From the NCBI GenBank assembly GCA_951406725.2, contig OX597814.1:137950001-138014000 (forward strand): DNA of 64,000 nt, given 5' to 3'. The notes beneath the pieces are model-generated. The model had not been told where the DNA came from. It worked only from the letters and a program-made list of their open reading frames with translations, and made no database searches. The position numbers and the translations under genes were made by a program. The stretch is from Octopus vulgaris (lineage: Eukaryota). Below, piece by piece: positions 12,422 to 25,005 of this stretch. The first letter of the stretch is position 1. The number at the start of each line of letters is the position of its first letter.

Positions 12422-15393
12422 AGTGTTGTTGTTGTTATATTATTGAGTGAAACATTGGGGTAAAATATACGAAGTCCAGCATACCCATCATGACTACCCG
12501 TCTGATAAGGGTACACCAGGCGCATGCATCACAATCGTATGTGTGCGACATGGTGATTCCATATCAAGATAAACAGCACATGAATTTGCAGGTGGGGCCC
12601 AGTTAGAATTCTCTTCAGGTCGAGTAGCTTATCCCGCTCAAAAGGTCAGTGAATAAGGATTGTTTAAAGATATTGAACGAAACACCCATGTTTTCAAAGG
12701 TGAATCATCCAAACCCCAAAGAACTCCTCTCAACACATGACTATGATGTGTGTGTATATGTATGTATGTATGTGTGTATGTATGTATGTATGTATGTATG
12801 TATGTATGTATGTATGTATGTATGTATGTATGTATGTATGTATGTGCACAGTATTCACATGATGTTTGGATATGTTTTGTGTGTGTGAGTGTTTGCATGC
12901 GATTGTGGGTGTGGGGGTGCATCTGTATGTGTGTGACTTAATAGCTGCTATAACACATTTCCCAGGCGCTAGCAGCATCCGATTCCAGAACTATGTCAAT
13001 GTTTCATATATATATATATGATAGGTTGATGACTGTATATGTATAAACACACACACACACACATATATATTTGTATGTATATATGAATGTGTATCTTTGT
13101 GTCTGTGCGTGTGTATGCGTGTACGTATGTATACTTTTCCTTGTCATATGTTTATTTTCCTTTGCAGAATTCAAGCCGGTCAGTACAAAACTCTTTTGTT
13201 TAGATCAAGATAGCTCTTAATCTTGGCATATGATTTAAGTAGCATTTAATTTAATTTCCTTGGGAAAATTCGAAGACTTCATTACTTCTAATTGTAATAA
13301 CCAGCTTCCTTCACAGAAATGTTTTATAAATAATAAGCATTGAATGACGCCGAAAAATAGGGTAAAAATCTTCATACAGTTTTAACGGGTTACTCACTAC
13401 ATATCCAAATAATAAAAGTGTAGGTATGATCATTTGCAAAGCATTCGCACCAAAAATATCCGCTATAGGTTTTAATCCGGTGATTAGGAAATATTTAATC
13501 TCATATCGAAACCTTGTGTTACTCTCTCGTTATCTATTTTACTTATACTATCCTCTGCAAAGCGGCTAAACGTATAAATCCTGTGACAAAGTTAATAACA
13601 GATGATATTGCCAAAAATGTGCCTGAGCCAAATCCAAAATATTTGGTGTTTCATTTCTTACATTGGCATAAAGCCACTCTTATTCGTTCGTTTATGCTCC
13701 CTTGTTTACTTTACTCGGAGAGTTGTGAAATGAAGGGAGCTTCATTAGTGAAAATCATTTCCTTAATATTTATTCTCTCATGACTTAACCGAATATAAAA
13801 TATAAAATTGGTTGAGAGATTTCCCAGGCGTGTTTTTATTCAGTGCAATGTTGTAGCCTTGCATGTGTACTTTCTCCACCGCCCATTTCTCTGGCAAATA
13901 CTTGTTCGCTCCTCTCATTAGTTCTGTGCATCCCAGCAGTGTATGCGAGTGAGTGGCACTTGATACTGTTGCTATTCGTGTGTCTATGTATCAACTAGAG
14001 ATCACAACTGCTTTAGTATCCACAAACGGAATTGCTCCTTCCTTCAATGCCATATACCAAGGAATCTCCAGTTTCTTTTGGCCCACGCTGTAGAAACTTT
14101 CCCCATTCTCTGTTAACTATAACGCAACCACTGCAAATTACCTTACTAGCATAACTGTGAGAGAATGTGAAGCAGTGGCTCTTCCCAAGGAACGATTTTA
14201 TGGGAGAAGCACTTTTGGATTTGTTGTATAAGTCCGTATATGCCTGGAAGGCCCGAGGTTGAGGAACTCAAGGGCTACACCATTTAAACACCTTACCACT
14301 GCAACTAAACAGCAACTATTTTGCTTTACTACTCGCTAAGACTTTGTTCTTTGCTTTCACGAGATGCTTCCCAATTAATTTCTAAAAATAACAGGTCTGC
14401 TATTTTACAAAGTCTACCACCAGCCAGGTACGACTTTGTGAATCTAAATACAAACCTACGACAGCTCACCTCAGCAGCAAACACAGTGCCTAACCATCTC
14501 CGTTATTATAATATGGTTTGGGAACGTGAGCGCTTCCTTTAACTCCAACCGCATCTTCTAGTCATTAGCAGTATGTTTACGTTCCTTCGTTGTTCTTTCT
14601 CGCATCCTTTGTGGAAAATAATAACTTGCTACTTGGTGTTGATTTCCATTACATTGACATTGCTGCAATGGCATTTTAGAGCATAAACAATGAAACAAGA
14701 CTTAGTTATACTACCAAATATAATCGGTAAGAGATGACTTCAAAGCTCCTAGAATATGATTCAAGCGGTGCATATCCTCAACTGTAATGACAAACAGTAA
14801 TGAAGTATCATTCAAGTGCAACTGCCACATAATACATACATACATACATACATACATACATACATACATACACATAAATACACACACTCACACACGCATA
14901 TATATACGCTCATTTTTGCATATGTATATGCGTGTGTATGGTGTCCAGTCAATTATTCGACGGTAATTTGTCGTCGTTAATTTGTCTCCAGCCAATTCGT
15001 CGTTGGCCGATTCGTCGCTATTTTTCCTTAAAATTTAAGATTGTGTGCAATTGCTTTCGGAAAAATAATTTTTTGTTTTGGATCATATTTTTCCATGACA
15101 TTTTTTATACGCAAGTTCACATCTCTGTATTTTTCTTTTCTTTTTTTTTTTTTGGTTTGGTTCTTCTCCCTGCATAAACTTCTGCAATTTGGTACTGGCA
15201 AACCCTTCCTCAGATTTAATCACATCAATAAGTTTCCAAATATTTGGATTACTAATATCCACTGTGTTTTTCAGTGCGCTGTGGTAAGCTTCTAAACTAT
15301 TTGTAGTGCGAGCAATCCCCGTCATACATCAATCCCAAACATTCCATATAGGTAATGGAAAGGCGCTGCCTCCTCTGTCCTCTTCCTCTAGGC

Positions 15394-16039
15394 CAGTGGT
15401 TCCCAACAGCGGTTCCCAACCCTTTTATTTAAATGAGTTTTCTTACATACTCCTTTTAATATGCATATCCTTATGAATGTGTATATATATGTATATATAT
15501 ATATAAACGGCAGTTTGTCTGTCTGTGTGTCTGTGTGGCTGTCAGGTTGTACCCTCATCCTGACCACAGCTTTCAACCGATTCTGATGAAACTTGACACA
15601 CACATAGCCCAATGTCATAATTCAAAACTAACGCAGCGAAAATTTTGAAAAGTTCCCCCAGTTCTGAAAAAAATCGATAAATTCGACATGGGGTCGAGAA
15701 TCTAAGCTTTTTATATGCAACACATTTTCTGTTGTGGTTATCGCAACTTGCAATCGATTTTCACCAAACTCATGGTGAAGCTTAATGTTACCCTAAGAAA
15801 CTTAATTCTGGCGTTAGTTTTCCATGCAATACCTTACCATTAGAAAAAATCGATAAAATCATGCCATTTTGGGAAATCGCGTTTTCGCCTAAAGGAGCTG
15901 CTTAGGAACATCGTATACACAGAAGACATTGCAACCTACACATGCGCCTTCGTTCCCTAGAGGGAAAGGACTAGATTGGGATTAGTCGTTGCCTACTAGG
16001 GGCTTTTACATACCCGGGCAACGCCGGGCTATGCTGCTA

Positions 16040-16096
<57 letters not shown>

Positions 16097-16174
16097 TTTG
16101 AATTTAGTTCACGGATCCCCAGTACTACCTTTGCGAACCACCAGGGGTCTGCGGACCCCAGGTTAGGAGCCACT
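15394..16174. mobile_element. hAT (Charlie-like) MITE nested in the MULE
   Basis: TIRs CAGTGGTTCCCAAC ... GTTAGGAGCCACTG; degenerate 8-bp TSD CTCTAGGC/CCCTAGGT. Confidence 0.7.
15492..16040 (+). mobile_element. Non-autonomous Helitron nested in the hAT MITE
   Basis: 3' hairpin CCCGGGCAACGCCGGG then CTAG|T; (GTCT)-rich 5' region; same family as 37919-38674. Confidence 0.85.
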
Positions 16175-17660
16175 GCCCTAGGTGGTCCTATATAATTATT
16201 TTCTTGTGCTGTTTTAACTGCCGATGTGCTTCGTCTCTTGCTAATATTAGTATTCGTTTTGAATCCTCCGTTCCGCTGTAATACTGTAAAAAAGTTTCAT
16301 CATTGTCGAGGTAGGAGTATTCACTTGGAATAGAAAAACCAACATTTGTAAATGAGGTGGCATCAACTTGTCTCCAACGCCTAATATTCCTATTAAGCTA
16401 TGCAAACAGAGGTATTTGCATCAATGTACAGTCGTTTAAATTCTGATTTTCGCTAGCGATAATTGAGCGAGGGGTATCACGAGATGAAATAGAGTTTACT
16501 TTAATATTTGAAACTATTATCCTTGCATTTACCTCTGCAGCAGTTGAAGCGTGATTATGGATCCCAATTTTCTTAAGCTCTTTATAATTTTCATGTTTGA
16601 AGTTTCGCCTTGTACACACGATTTTCGCACCTCCAGTATATCTTCAAACCATCTGCTTATTTTTTGTGTATGTATAATTTTTTTTTATCGACTACTTTGA
16701 TTTTTCCTTTCTCTAAAGTTATGATCTTGCAAGTTGTCATGTTGATGGGTAGACGTATTGAATAAATTTAATTTGATTTGCTTGAAAATCTTTGCTCGTA
16801 AACTGTTCAGTGCAGATACTTGAGAGCAAATGAGAGATAGAGGGGGGAGGGAGGGTTAAAGAAAGGAAAAATATATCTAAAACTGTCCAGCGACAATTTT
16901 AATTTTAAAGTGGTTGTTCTAAACTTTCCCTCGAAAATCACATTTAAGAGTATTTTGGGACGAATTGGCTAGCGACGAACTGATCGGGAACAAATTAACC
17001 GACGATGAAATAACTGGGGACGAATTGTCCTCAGACTGTGTGTATCTATATATATGGAGTGAATCTTGCATGCATGAAGTGGATTCGATCCACCATAGCC
17101 AAATTTAAATTAACACTGCAATAGAACTTTTCCCACGATGGAACAATGGTTTTTCTCTGACAGCAGTTTTACATTTTCCAGATGCCTTTAGCTAGGCCGA
17201 AATAATGTTTTCACCACTTGACCCTTTCTAACTTCTTCTAATTCACCAAAAGCTAGAATAGATAACAAGACCACCAACTAAATCTATTGTTCTTAATGAT
17301 ATATCTATCGTTCTGGATCTTTATATAAGCAAGCACACCCCAAGTAAAAATCAGTTTAGTCACCATCCGGTGACGACGACTCAACCAAGTTCGTCACAGT
17401 CGTGACGACTCAACGAAGTCTGGCCGACCAGCTAGAACATTGGTCAGAAGGAGAAATGAAGTTTAGTGTCAGCAACGTCCCACACACACACACACACACT
17501 CTCTCTCTCTCTCTCACTAGCTCCAATTCTGTTCTCTTACAACATCATTCTATCTCTCTCTGTAATTACTACTAAACAATGAAGAGAACCCAAACCCAAA
17601 CCCAAACCAAACTTCGCATGCTTTTGGATTTATCACAACCTGCCCGTCGAGGCTAGGTAT

Positions 17661-17816
17661 TGTAACGTAACGGTAAATAAGTACTTTCTTAAAACTTCAT
17701 GCATTGTTCATCTTTCACAACTTGCCGTTTTAATAACAAACTCTTATCTTCACAACTGCTGACTTCAACATCAACATATTATTGTTTACAAATTAATTTC
17801 TCCCGTTACAATTGGT
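17661..17816 (+). mobile_element. Possible LTR end with PBS start
   Basis: TGTAACG...CGTTACA followed by ATTGGT; no internal domains found. Confidence 0.3.
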
Positions 17817-17892
17817 AACCACATCATAATAATGTATACCGTTACATATATATGTATACGTGTGTGTATACACACACACACACACACACATG

Positions 17893-17944
<52 letters not shown>

Positions 17945-18267
17945 TATATATCAATTTCATAAAATTATGCTTTACTTAGTAGGTTCATGTTCATAAAATG
18001 TTTTGGGGGAGATGAGGGAAGCTATATTAATGATAATTAAGTGTGGTTTTGTGTAAGCAGACAACAGAAGTAGTTGGGAAGAAAGGGGGAATAGAGGAGA
18101 ATGGAAGGAAAGTGTGAGATATGAGTTGACAGAAAGTTATGGAGAGGAATTCTATTTTGGCTTGATGGAGGAATTTTGTTATTATTCACGGTTCAATTAG
18201 GCACGAAAGTAAAAGTGCAAATAGATGTGTCATATTCAGGTCACGACATTTTTTGTATAGAAAGTTA

Positions 18268-18692
18268 GGATCTTTTCGGTTTGAACGGCAGTTTTTTCTA
18301 GCGGTGTCATATGAAATTGTCACCCATAATTATGACCCTAGTATCGATCTATTGCATTTCAATCTATTTTAGGGTTAGGGTTACAGTTAGGGTTAGGGGT
18401 GGGGGGAAGGGTATCTTTTTTTCTTCAGAAATGTAAATAAACCCAATCTGTTTCTTAAACGAGGGACATATTCATACGGCACAGAATGTTTTCACCTCAA
18501 TAGACGGTCATTGATTGGTTGAAATTGCAGAAATAGAAGAAAAACAACAAATATCTTACAAACTATAGAATTTTCTCAATAAAGCCAAGAGAAAAAGATG
18601 TTTTATAAACACATTCTACCAATATACGAAGTTTAAAATTTTTAGTTACCTCGAAATTATGTTGAAAACTGCTGTTCAAACCGAAAAGATCC
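18268..18692. mobile_element. MITE with GG-terminal TIRs and 8-bp TSD (Merlin-like), containing (TTAGGG)-like repeats
   Basis: TIR GGATCTTTTCGGTTTGAAC; TSD GAAAGTTA on both sides; TTAGGG-like array at ~18369-18400. Confidence 0.85.
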
Positions 18693-19454
18693 GAAAGTTA
18701 GGGTTTGCGATGATTTAGAGATCACAAAAGAATATTTGTGGATAAATGAATCGGTCACACAGCACATGTCAGACTGAAGTTGAATTGCTGTTGGTAGTGT
18801 GATAAGATTTGTATTAAGAAATTTTAAATGTAGTATTTTGGTAACTGAGAAGATTGTTACGATAAATATTTATTGGAGGTTTTCACTGTTTCTAACGAGA
18901 CTATTTCTATTTTTATTACATTATTCTACACAAACATATACACACATGACATTACCTATGCATCCAAATGACTACATAAGAATAATGCAATTTCCGATAG
19001 GTACATCCGTCGATAACGAGATATGTCTATATGCTTTTAACAATATATAAATATAGCAATATATGAATATCAGCACATAGACGTACATATGTCTTTGTGT
19101 ACATAGATACATGTGTATCCGTGTTTGTTTGTGTATATATACGCACACGCACACATGCACACGTATATATGCGTATGTATGTGTGTGTAAAAGAATTTTT
19201 AAAATGGGGACAAGAACTCAACAGTCGACAACAGAACATCCAGATAGTTAGATGATACAAATAAGGGACAAGAAAAAACAAGGACAGGTCATTCGAAGTT
19301 TTCTTTCCTCAGTCGAGTTCCAGATCATCTTAGCAGTTTCGGCTGGTTATACTGGAGACTGTTTCAATCTGGCCAGCCCCAAGGAAAATCTAAGCTAAGA
19401 CCGCTAAATTCCTTGGAATAAAGCAGCGAGTACATATATATGCGTATTTATATA

Positions 19455-19580
<126 letters not shown>

Positions 19581-19600
19581 TATATATGTATGTATGTATA

Positions 19601-20112
19601 TCTATATATATAAAACTGTAGTTGTGTGAGTGTCTGTCCCCTTCGATTTAGATTCCTAACTACTCCCACATTTTGCGGTGCAGTTTAACCAAATTCGGGT
19701 ATCTTATAGTCGTGATTCATATCGAGCCCGTCTGAGTATTAGCGCGCGTCTACGATGAGTCTACGATTTAAAAAATAATTTAACATCATTTTTTATTCCA
19801 TTTTAATGCATAATTTTTCGTGTGTCGATGGCGGCGGAGTTGGCGTCCATGGTCACACCTGCACCTGTTTGCTTCTCCCCTTCTCCACTCCCTCGTGAAG
19901 CTGTGGAGAAGGGAGTGTAAGGAAATCAACGTCGTAAAGCGTTGTCAAGGAGACCAGCGTTCTTTTAGAACAACGACTTCATGGCTTGAAGACACCAAAA
20001 CAGAAATGGCTAAGAAAGCCCGAATTGGCATCTATAAGGGAAGTAACTCTCTAAAAATGCTTATATAGTTATTTCCCTTACAAACCCGAGCAACGCCGGG
20101 CGATACTGCTAG
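19601..20112 (+). mobile_element. Non-autonomous Helitron
   Basis: 5' A|TCTATATATATAAAA; 3' CCCGAGCAACGCCGGG hairpin and CTAG|T. Confidence 0.85.
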
Positions 20113-20152
20113 TATTTATATAAAGATATTATGATTATTATTAATAATAATG

Positions 20153-20211
<59 letters not shown>

Positions 20212-20254
20212 CAACAATAATATGTGGCCAGCAGGCATCAAAGCCCAAAAGGCA

Positions 20255-20738
20255 AATTTATAAATTTATAATTAATTATTAGTTTTAATTGATGGTACAC
20301 GAAGTACCAGCGTTAAGAGTAGAAAAATACTCAAATAAGCCACCATTTCAATGAAAATACAACAGGTTGGCGAAAACCGAGGGACGAGCAAAATTTAACT
20401 TACCATTGCGGCTGAAAGTCGCAAATGGGTATCACAGATATATCCCGATATCACGTGATTTCGAACTTTGAGATATTTCTCTCAGTTCTCATCAGTAAGT
20501 CTTGTTGTTAGCCAAGGGTTAAATTTATGCTTGCGAAATCACGTGATATAGGGATATCTGTGATCCTCATTTGCGACTTTCAGCCGCAATGGTAAATTAA
20601 ATTTCGCTCGTCTCACGAATTTCGCCAGCCTGTTGTATTTTCAGTGAAATGGCGGCTTATTTGACTATTTTTCGACTCTCATTTCTAGCAACGCTGGTAC
20701 TTCGTGTACCCTCAATTATAATTAATTATAAATTTATA
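20255..20738. repeat. Diverged inverted repeat (arms about 200 bp) of a Penelope-like pLTR derivative
   Basis: ~20255-20462 mirrors ~20534-20738 with scattered mismatches; the spacer contains a hammerhead core. Confidence 0.85.
20445..20499 (-). ncRNA. Type I hammerhead ribozyme with weak stem I
   Basis: Minus strand: CTTA-CTGATGA-GAACT(GAGA gaaata TCTC aa)AGTTC-GAAA-TCACGTGA-TA-TCGG; palindromic stem III; the mirror arm has TAGG, which would restore stem I. Confidence 0.75.
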
Positions 20739-20916
20739 TATATATATAATTCATAATTTTTAATTCTTAATTTTGTAAAGTTTAATTTTTTAATTTTTAA
20801 TTTTTAATGATTAATTTAACGCTTAATTTTAAGGTGATGTAAAATTAGGTTAACAATATTTTAAAAAAGAACCTGAAGATGTGTTGGTAGAATTGTAAAT
20901 CTGATGATTACATAGT

Positions 20917-21028
<112 letters not shown>

Positions 21029-21059
21029 GTATATATATATACATATACATACATATATG

Positions 21060-21152
<93 letters not shown>

Positions 21153-21395
21153 TAATCTTCCAATGTACGTGTAGTTCCTTCATAATGATAGTTTTAACTT
21201 AAGTAGGAGATAATTAAGAAAGTATATTTTGTACCCTGCTGGTGTATTAGTTTTATCCTGAAGGTATTATTTCTTGATGTGCATATAGATACCACGAGTT
21301 TACCTTCAGATCTACTCGTTATGTTGTTTTTTGCATAATCTGAAATAGAATACCCACATACCTATTCATTCCCAAAACTGAATTATATATATATA

Positions 21396-22270
21396 CTAGC
21401 TGACGTACCCGGTAATTTCCAGGAAAGCGGGGCTTATCCTTTGGTTCCGTTCTCATAACTGTTTCGCTAATCCAGTAACAACAATACAAAGTATGGAGCC
21501 CTTGTGCATTTATTGAGAATACCAAACTTTCTTACAAAGGATCTTGTTTTTAGGAATACTCAATAAGTTATGAATACCCAAATTGTGAAGTCAGTTATGC
21601 CATAACATGAAATTAATTACCCGATAGTATGAATTCAAATAAAGTAGCCTCGAAAAGGGGTTTAATACGTTCCCAGAGTATATAGAACTTAAGAGGAAAT
21701 ACTAATAAGGTATGTATACTAAAATCGTGAAGCATGTTACGTAATAACAAGCTAATCAGATATGAGATAATAACAATTCAAAGTAAATAACTCTGAAAAA
21801 AGCTTTTGTGCGTTCACAGAGAATATTACGCTCATCGGCGCTAACCGAAATAAGTGGATCTGTTGTTTAGGAAAATACTATTTACTTGTTTAAGCGTTCT
21901 ACTGGATAAATTGCGAAACCAACTCAAATAGTTCAAATACTAAGAAATAAGCATACTCAATTTAATTTATACCAAATAATTTACAAAGATGAATGGGTTA
22001 TTTCCCTTGGCTATATTAAGGATCATTTCTAGGAGTGAATGGATGTTTAAAAATAATATATTAGTTATATGTAGTAGATATAAGAATTCCTTCTTGGAGC
22101 CCTATTATCGATTTTTTTTCAATAATATAAGTAAGTCACTAGTTTTCCATACATGAATTCTACACACGTGTCAAGCTTCATCAAAATCGATAAAACGATG
22201 TAGGAGTTAGATAACAACTCCACAAACAAACACACCCACAGACAGAATTTTCCACATATATAGTATATAT
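21396..22270 (-). mobile_element. Non-autonomous Helitron
   Basis: A|CTAG plus degenerate hairpin (CCCGGTAATTTCCAGG) at the left end; ACAGACAG/TATATAG at the right end. Confidence 0.6.
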
Positions 22271-22390
22271 ATATGCGTGTGTGTGTATGTATTTATGTAT
22301 TCGTATATTTATATATGCGTACACCCGTTTGTGTATATAAATACATAATTATGCACTCGTACATGTGTATGTGTTTATTCTTCTCTACCA

Positions 22391-22692
22391 GGAGGCGCAA
22401 TTGCCCAGTGGTTAGGGCAGCGGACTCGCGGTTTCGATTCCCAGACCGGGCGTTGTGAGTGTTTATTGAGCGAAAACACCTAAAGCTCCACGAGGCTCCG
22501 GCAGGGATGGTGGTGATCCCTGCTGTACTCTTTCACCACAACTTTCTCTCACTCTTACTTCCTGTTTCTGTTGTACCTGTATTTCAAAGGGCCGGCCTTG
22601 TTACTCTCTGTGTCACGCTGAATATCCCCGAGAACTACATTAAGGGTACACGTGTCTGTGGAGTGCTCAGCCACTTACACGTTAATTTCACG
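22391..22692 (+). mobile_element. tRNA-derived SINE family C
   Basis: Head GGAGGCGCAATTGCCCAGTGGTTAGGG...GGTTTCGATTCCC; related copy at 33428-33732. Confidence 0.8.
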
Positions 22693-23214
22693 TAACCGAC
22701 GGAATGCTTCCTCCTCTTCTCCACCACTTGACAACCGGTGTTGGTTTCTTTATATTGCAACAACTTGTTGGTTCAGCAAAAGCGACCGATAAAATAAGTA
22801 TTAGGCTTAAAAAGTAGAAGTACTGGAGGTCGATTTGTTCTATTAAACACTCCAAGACGGTATCCCCAGCATAGCTACATTCCACTGGCTGAAACAAGTA
22901 AAAGAAGATAAAAGATGTTCTTAATCACCTTATTAATTCCTTCTGCTAATTTATCCATACAGTTTAGTGGATCACAGCAGATGGCCTTTTCTTTGAGGAA
23001 AGATTTCAAATTTTATTTTAAAATCCTCAGAATTCCTTTTGCTGATATTATTGTTCAAATCAATTTTACAATATTACAAATTCTGTTGTGACGGTTTGAT
23101 TTATGCGTGCAATCTCCTTCAGGAAGTACTTCACAAATATTAAGCAAAAAAATCTGGAGAGATTTATCAGAAAAAATTGCGCCTATATTGTCTTCATTAT
23201 TATACGTAGGGCTT

Positions 23215-23665
23215 TAGGGCAACTAGCTGGCAGAGTCGTTGGCGCTTCGGACAAAATGCCAAGCGGGATTTCTTCCGGCTCTTTGCGTTCTGATTTCAAA
23301 TTCTGCCAAGGTCAAGTTTGCTTTTCATTATTTCTAGGACGATAAATACCAGTCAAGAACTGTGGTTGCTGTAATCAATTAATACCTCCATGTGGGAAAT
23401 TTCTGGCCTTGCATAAAAATTTTAAACCATTATTAGACGAAGGAGTCTGGAGCAGTGATCTGGGAGAATCGTTATGTCGGAAAAAATGCTTTACGGCATT
23501 TCTTCCGGTTTTACATTTTGAGCTCAAATGTCACCGGAGATCATTTTGCCTTTCATCGTTATGGGGTCGATAAAATAAATACCATTTACGGACTAAGGTA
23601 GATGGAATCGACTTACCCCTCCCTTCAAAATTCCCAGTCTTGTGCCAAAAATTAGCAAGAATTAT
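23215..23665 (+). mobile_element. Two degenerate SINE family B copies
   Basis: GCTGGCAGA...TTCAAAT...TTTGCCTTTCATC...GGGGTCGATAAA motifs. Confidence 0.6.
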
Positions 23666-24529
23666 TAGACGTTTGGGTGTTTCCTGGCTGCTTCTTCTTT
23701 GTTGAAGATATCTATTTCTGTTTTCATGGCCTAATAACTTTTTGGAGATACTTACAAGCTGGGAAAAGAAGTAAAAAAATACAAGTCTAAAATGGAATGT
23801 ATGTGTATTTGTGATGTGAGTACGTGTGCACTCTGATTCATGCAGTTGAATCCACGCATAAACTGCAAAACTTCGACAGTTACAATGCACATCCGCAACT
23901 GACAACATTTTATTATATCTGAGGATTTCCAAATAACTCAGGATCTCTAGACAACTACTTCTTTAAAATAATAAAATAATTCATATTTCTTATATACTTG
24001 TATTTCTTATGTTTATATATCCTTATATTTCAAGAGGCTATGTTGACTAATCTATTGATATAATACTCTATAGGGGCATTCTGAAATGACTTCGGTGTTT
24101 CACACATTTTTTGCCTAAAGCAAGAATTTTTTTCTATGGCAAACCGCAGTGAAATGGCCTTTTTACAAGTCAAATATATCCCAAACAGAATTGAACTGAT
24201 CTAAAAATACCCAATATTACACAAACGTCACAGAGGCATCATTGATTATGTGTAGTCATATATCGATCGCTATACCCGTGTCCTGAAGCGTCACTGGTCA
24301 CAGGTGAGCATTAAGGCTAGTAAATTTGCCCTTCATACCTGTGTTGTACAGTTATCTAGTCCGTGTTTTTAGGCGCAAAAATTATACAACACTTTAAAAT
24401 AAGCGCAGCTTCAACAAATTTCTGAAGTAGTTGAAGGGTTGGGAGTTGTGATCTTTTCTGCTAATTTGAACTTTTTCGTGTGATGCAAGAAATACGCCAA
24501 AAACTATTTTAAAATTAGCTATCTATCAT

Positions 24530-24677
24530 GTGTGGTAAGGAGCTTACTTACCAGCCACATGGTTCCTGGTTCAGTCCCACTGCGTGGCACCTTGGGCAAG
24601 TGTCTTCTACTATAGCCTCGGGCCGACCAAAGCCTTGTGAGTGGATTTAGTAGACGGAAACTGAAAGAAGCCCGTCG

Positions 24678-24713
<36 letters not shown>

Positions 24714-25005
24714 TGTATGTATGTATGTATGTATGTATGTATGTATGTATGTATGTTTGTATGTATGTATGCATGCATGCATGTTTGTATGTGTTTGTGC
24801 GTGTGTATGTCCCCCCACATCGCTTGATAGATTGATTGATTGATTGATTGATTGATTCTAGTTTCAGCTTATGAGCTGTGGCCATGCTGGGGCACTGCCA
24901 TTTTAATTACGAAGCTTACAAAGAATAAGTCCTGAGGTCGATTTTCTCGACTAAAAGTGGTGCTCCAGCATGGCCACAGTCAAATGACTGAAACAAGTAA
25001 AAGAA
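24530..25005 (+). mobile_element. SINE family A with internal (TATG)n and (GATT)n
   Basis: TGTGGTAAGGAGCTT...GGTTCAGTCCCACTGCG...; tail CAAATGACTGAAACAAG. Confidence 0.8.

Larger units (their letters stand above)
14940..17038 (-). mobile_element. MULE/Mutator transposon remnant
   Basis: RTTNSLEAYHSAL...NPNIWKLIDVIKSEE (MULE DDE C-terminal motif); HNH...TPRSII (post-FLYWCH region); both ends carry inverted arrays of GACGAATT-like motifs. Confidence 0.75.

Noticed and set aside
13500-14640. Non-repetitive-looking stretch as a host exon
   Set aside because: No sustained ORF or splice signals; probably a decayed LINE on the minus strand, but too weak to call.
18369-18400. Telomere
   Set aside because: Short degenerate TTAGGG block inside a MITE with TSDs.
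19270-19400. Hammerhead on the minus strand (CTGAGGA-AAG aaaa CTT-CGAAT)
   Set aside because: A15.1 is absent and stem I does not pair; possibly a pLTR remnant but unsupported. The same applies to CTAATGA at ~50757 and CTGATGA at ~36320 (minus).
22391-22450. tRNA gene
   Set aside because: tRNA-like A/B boxes belong to a SINE head; no complete cloverleaf.
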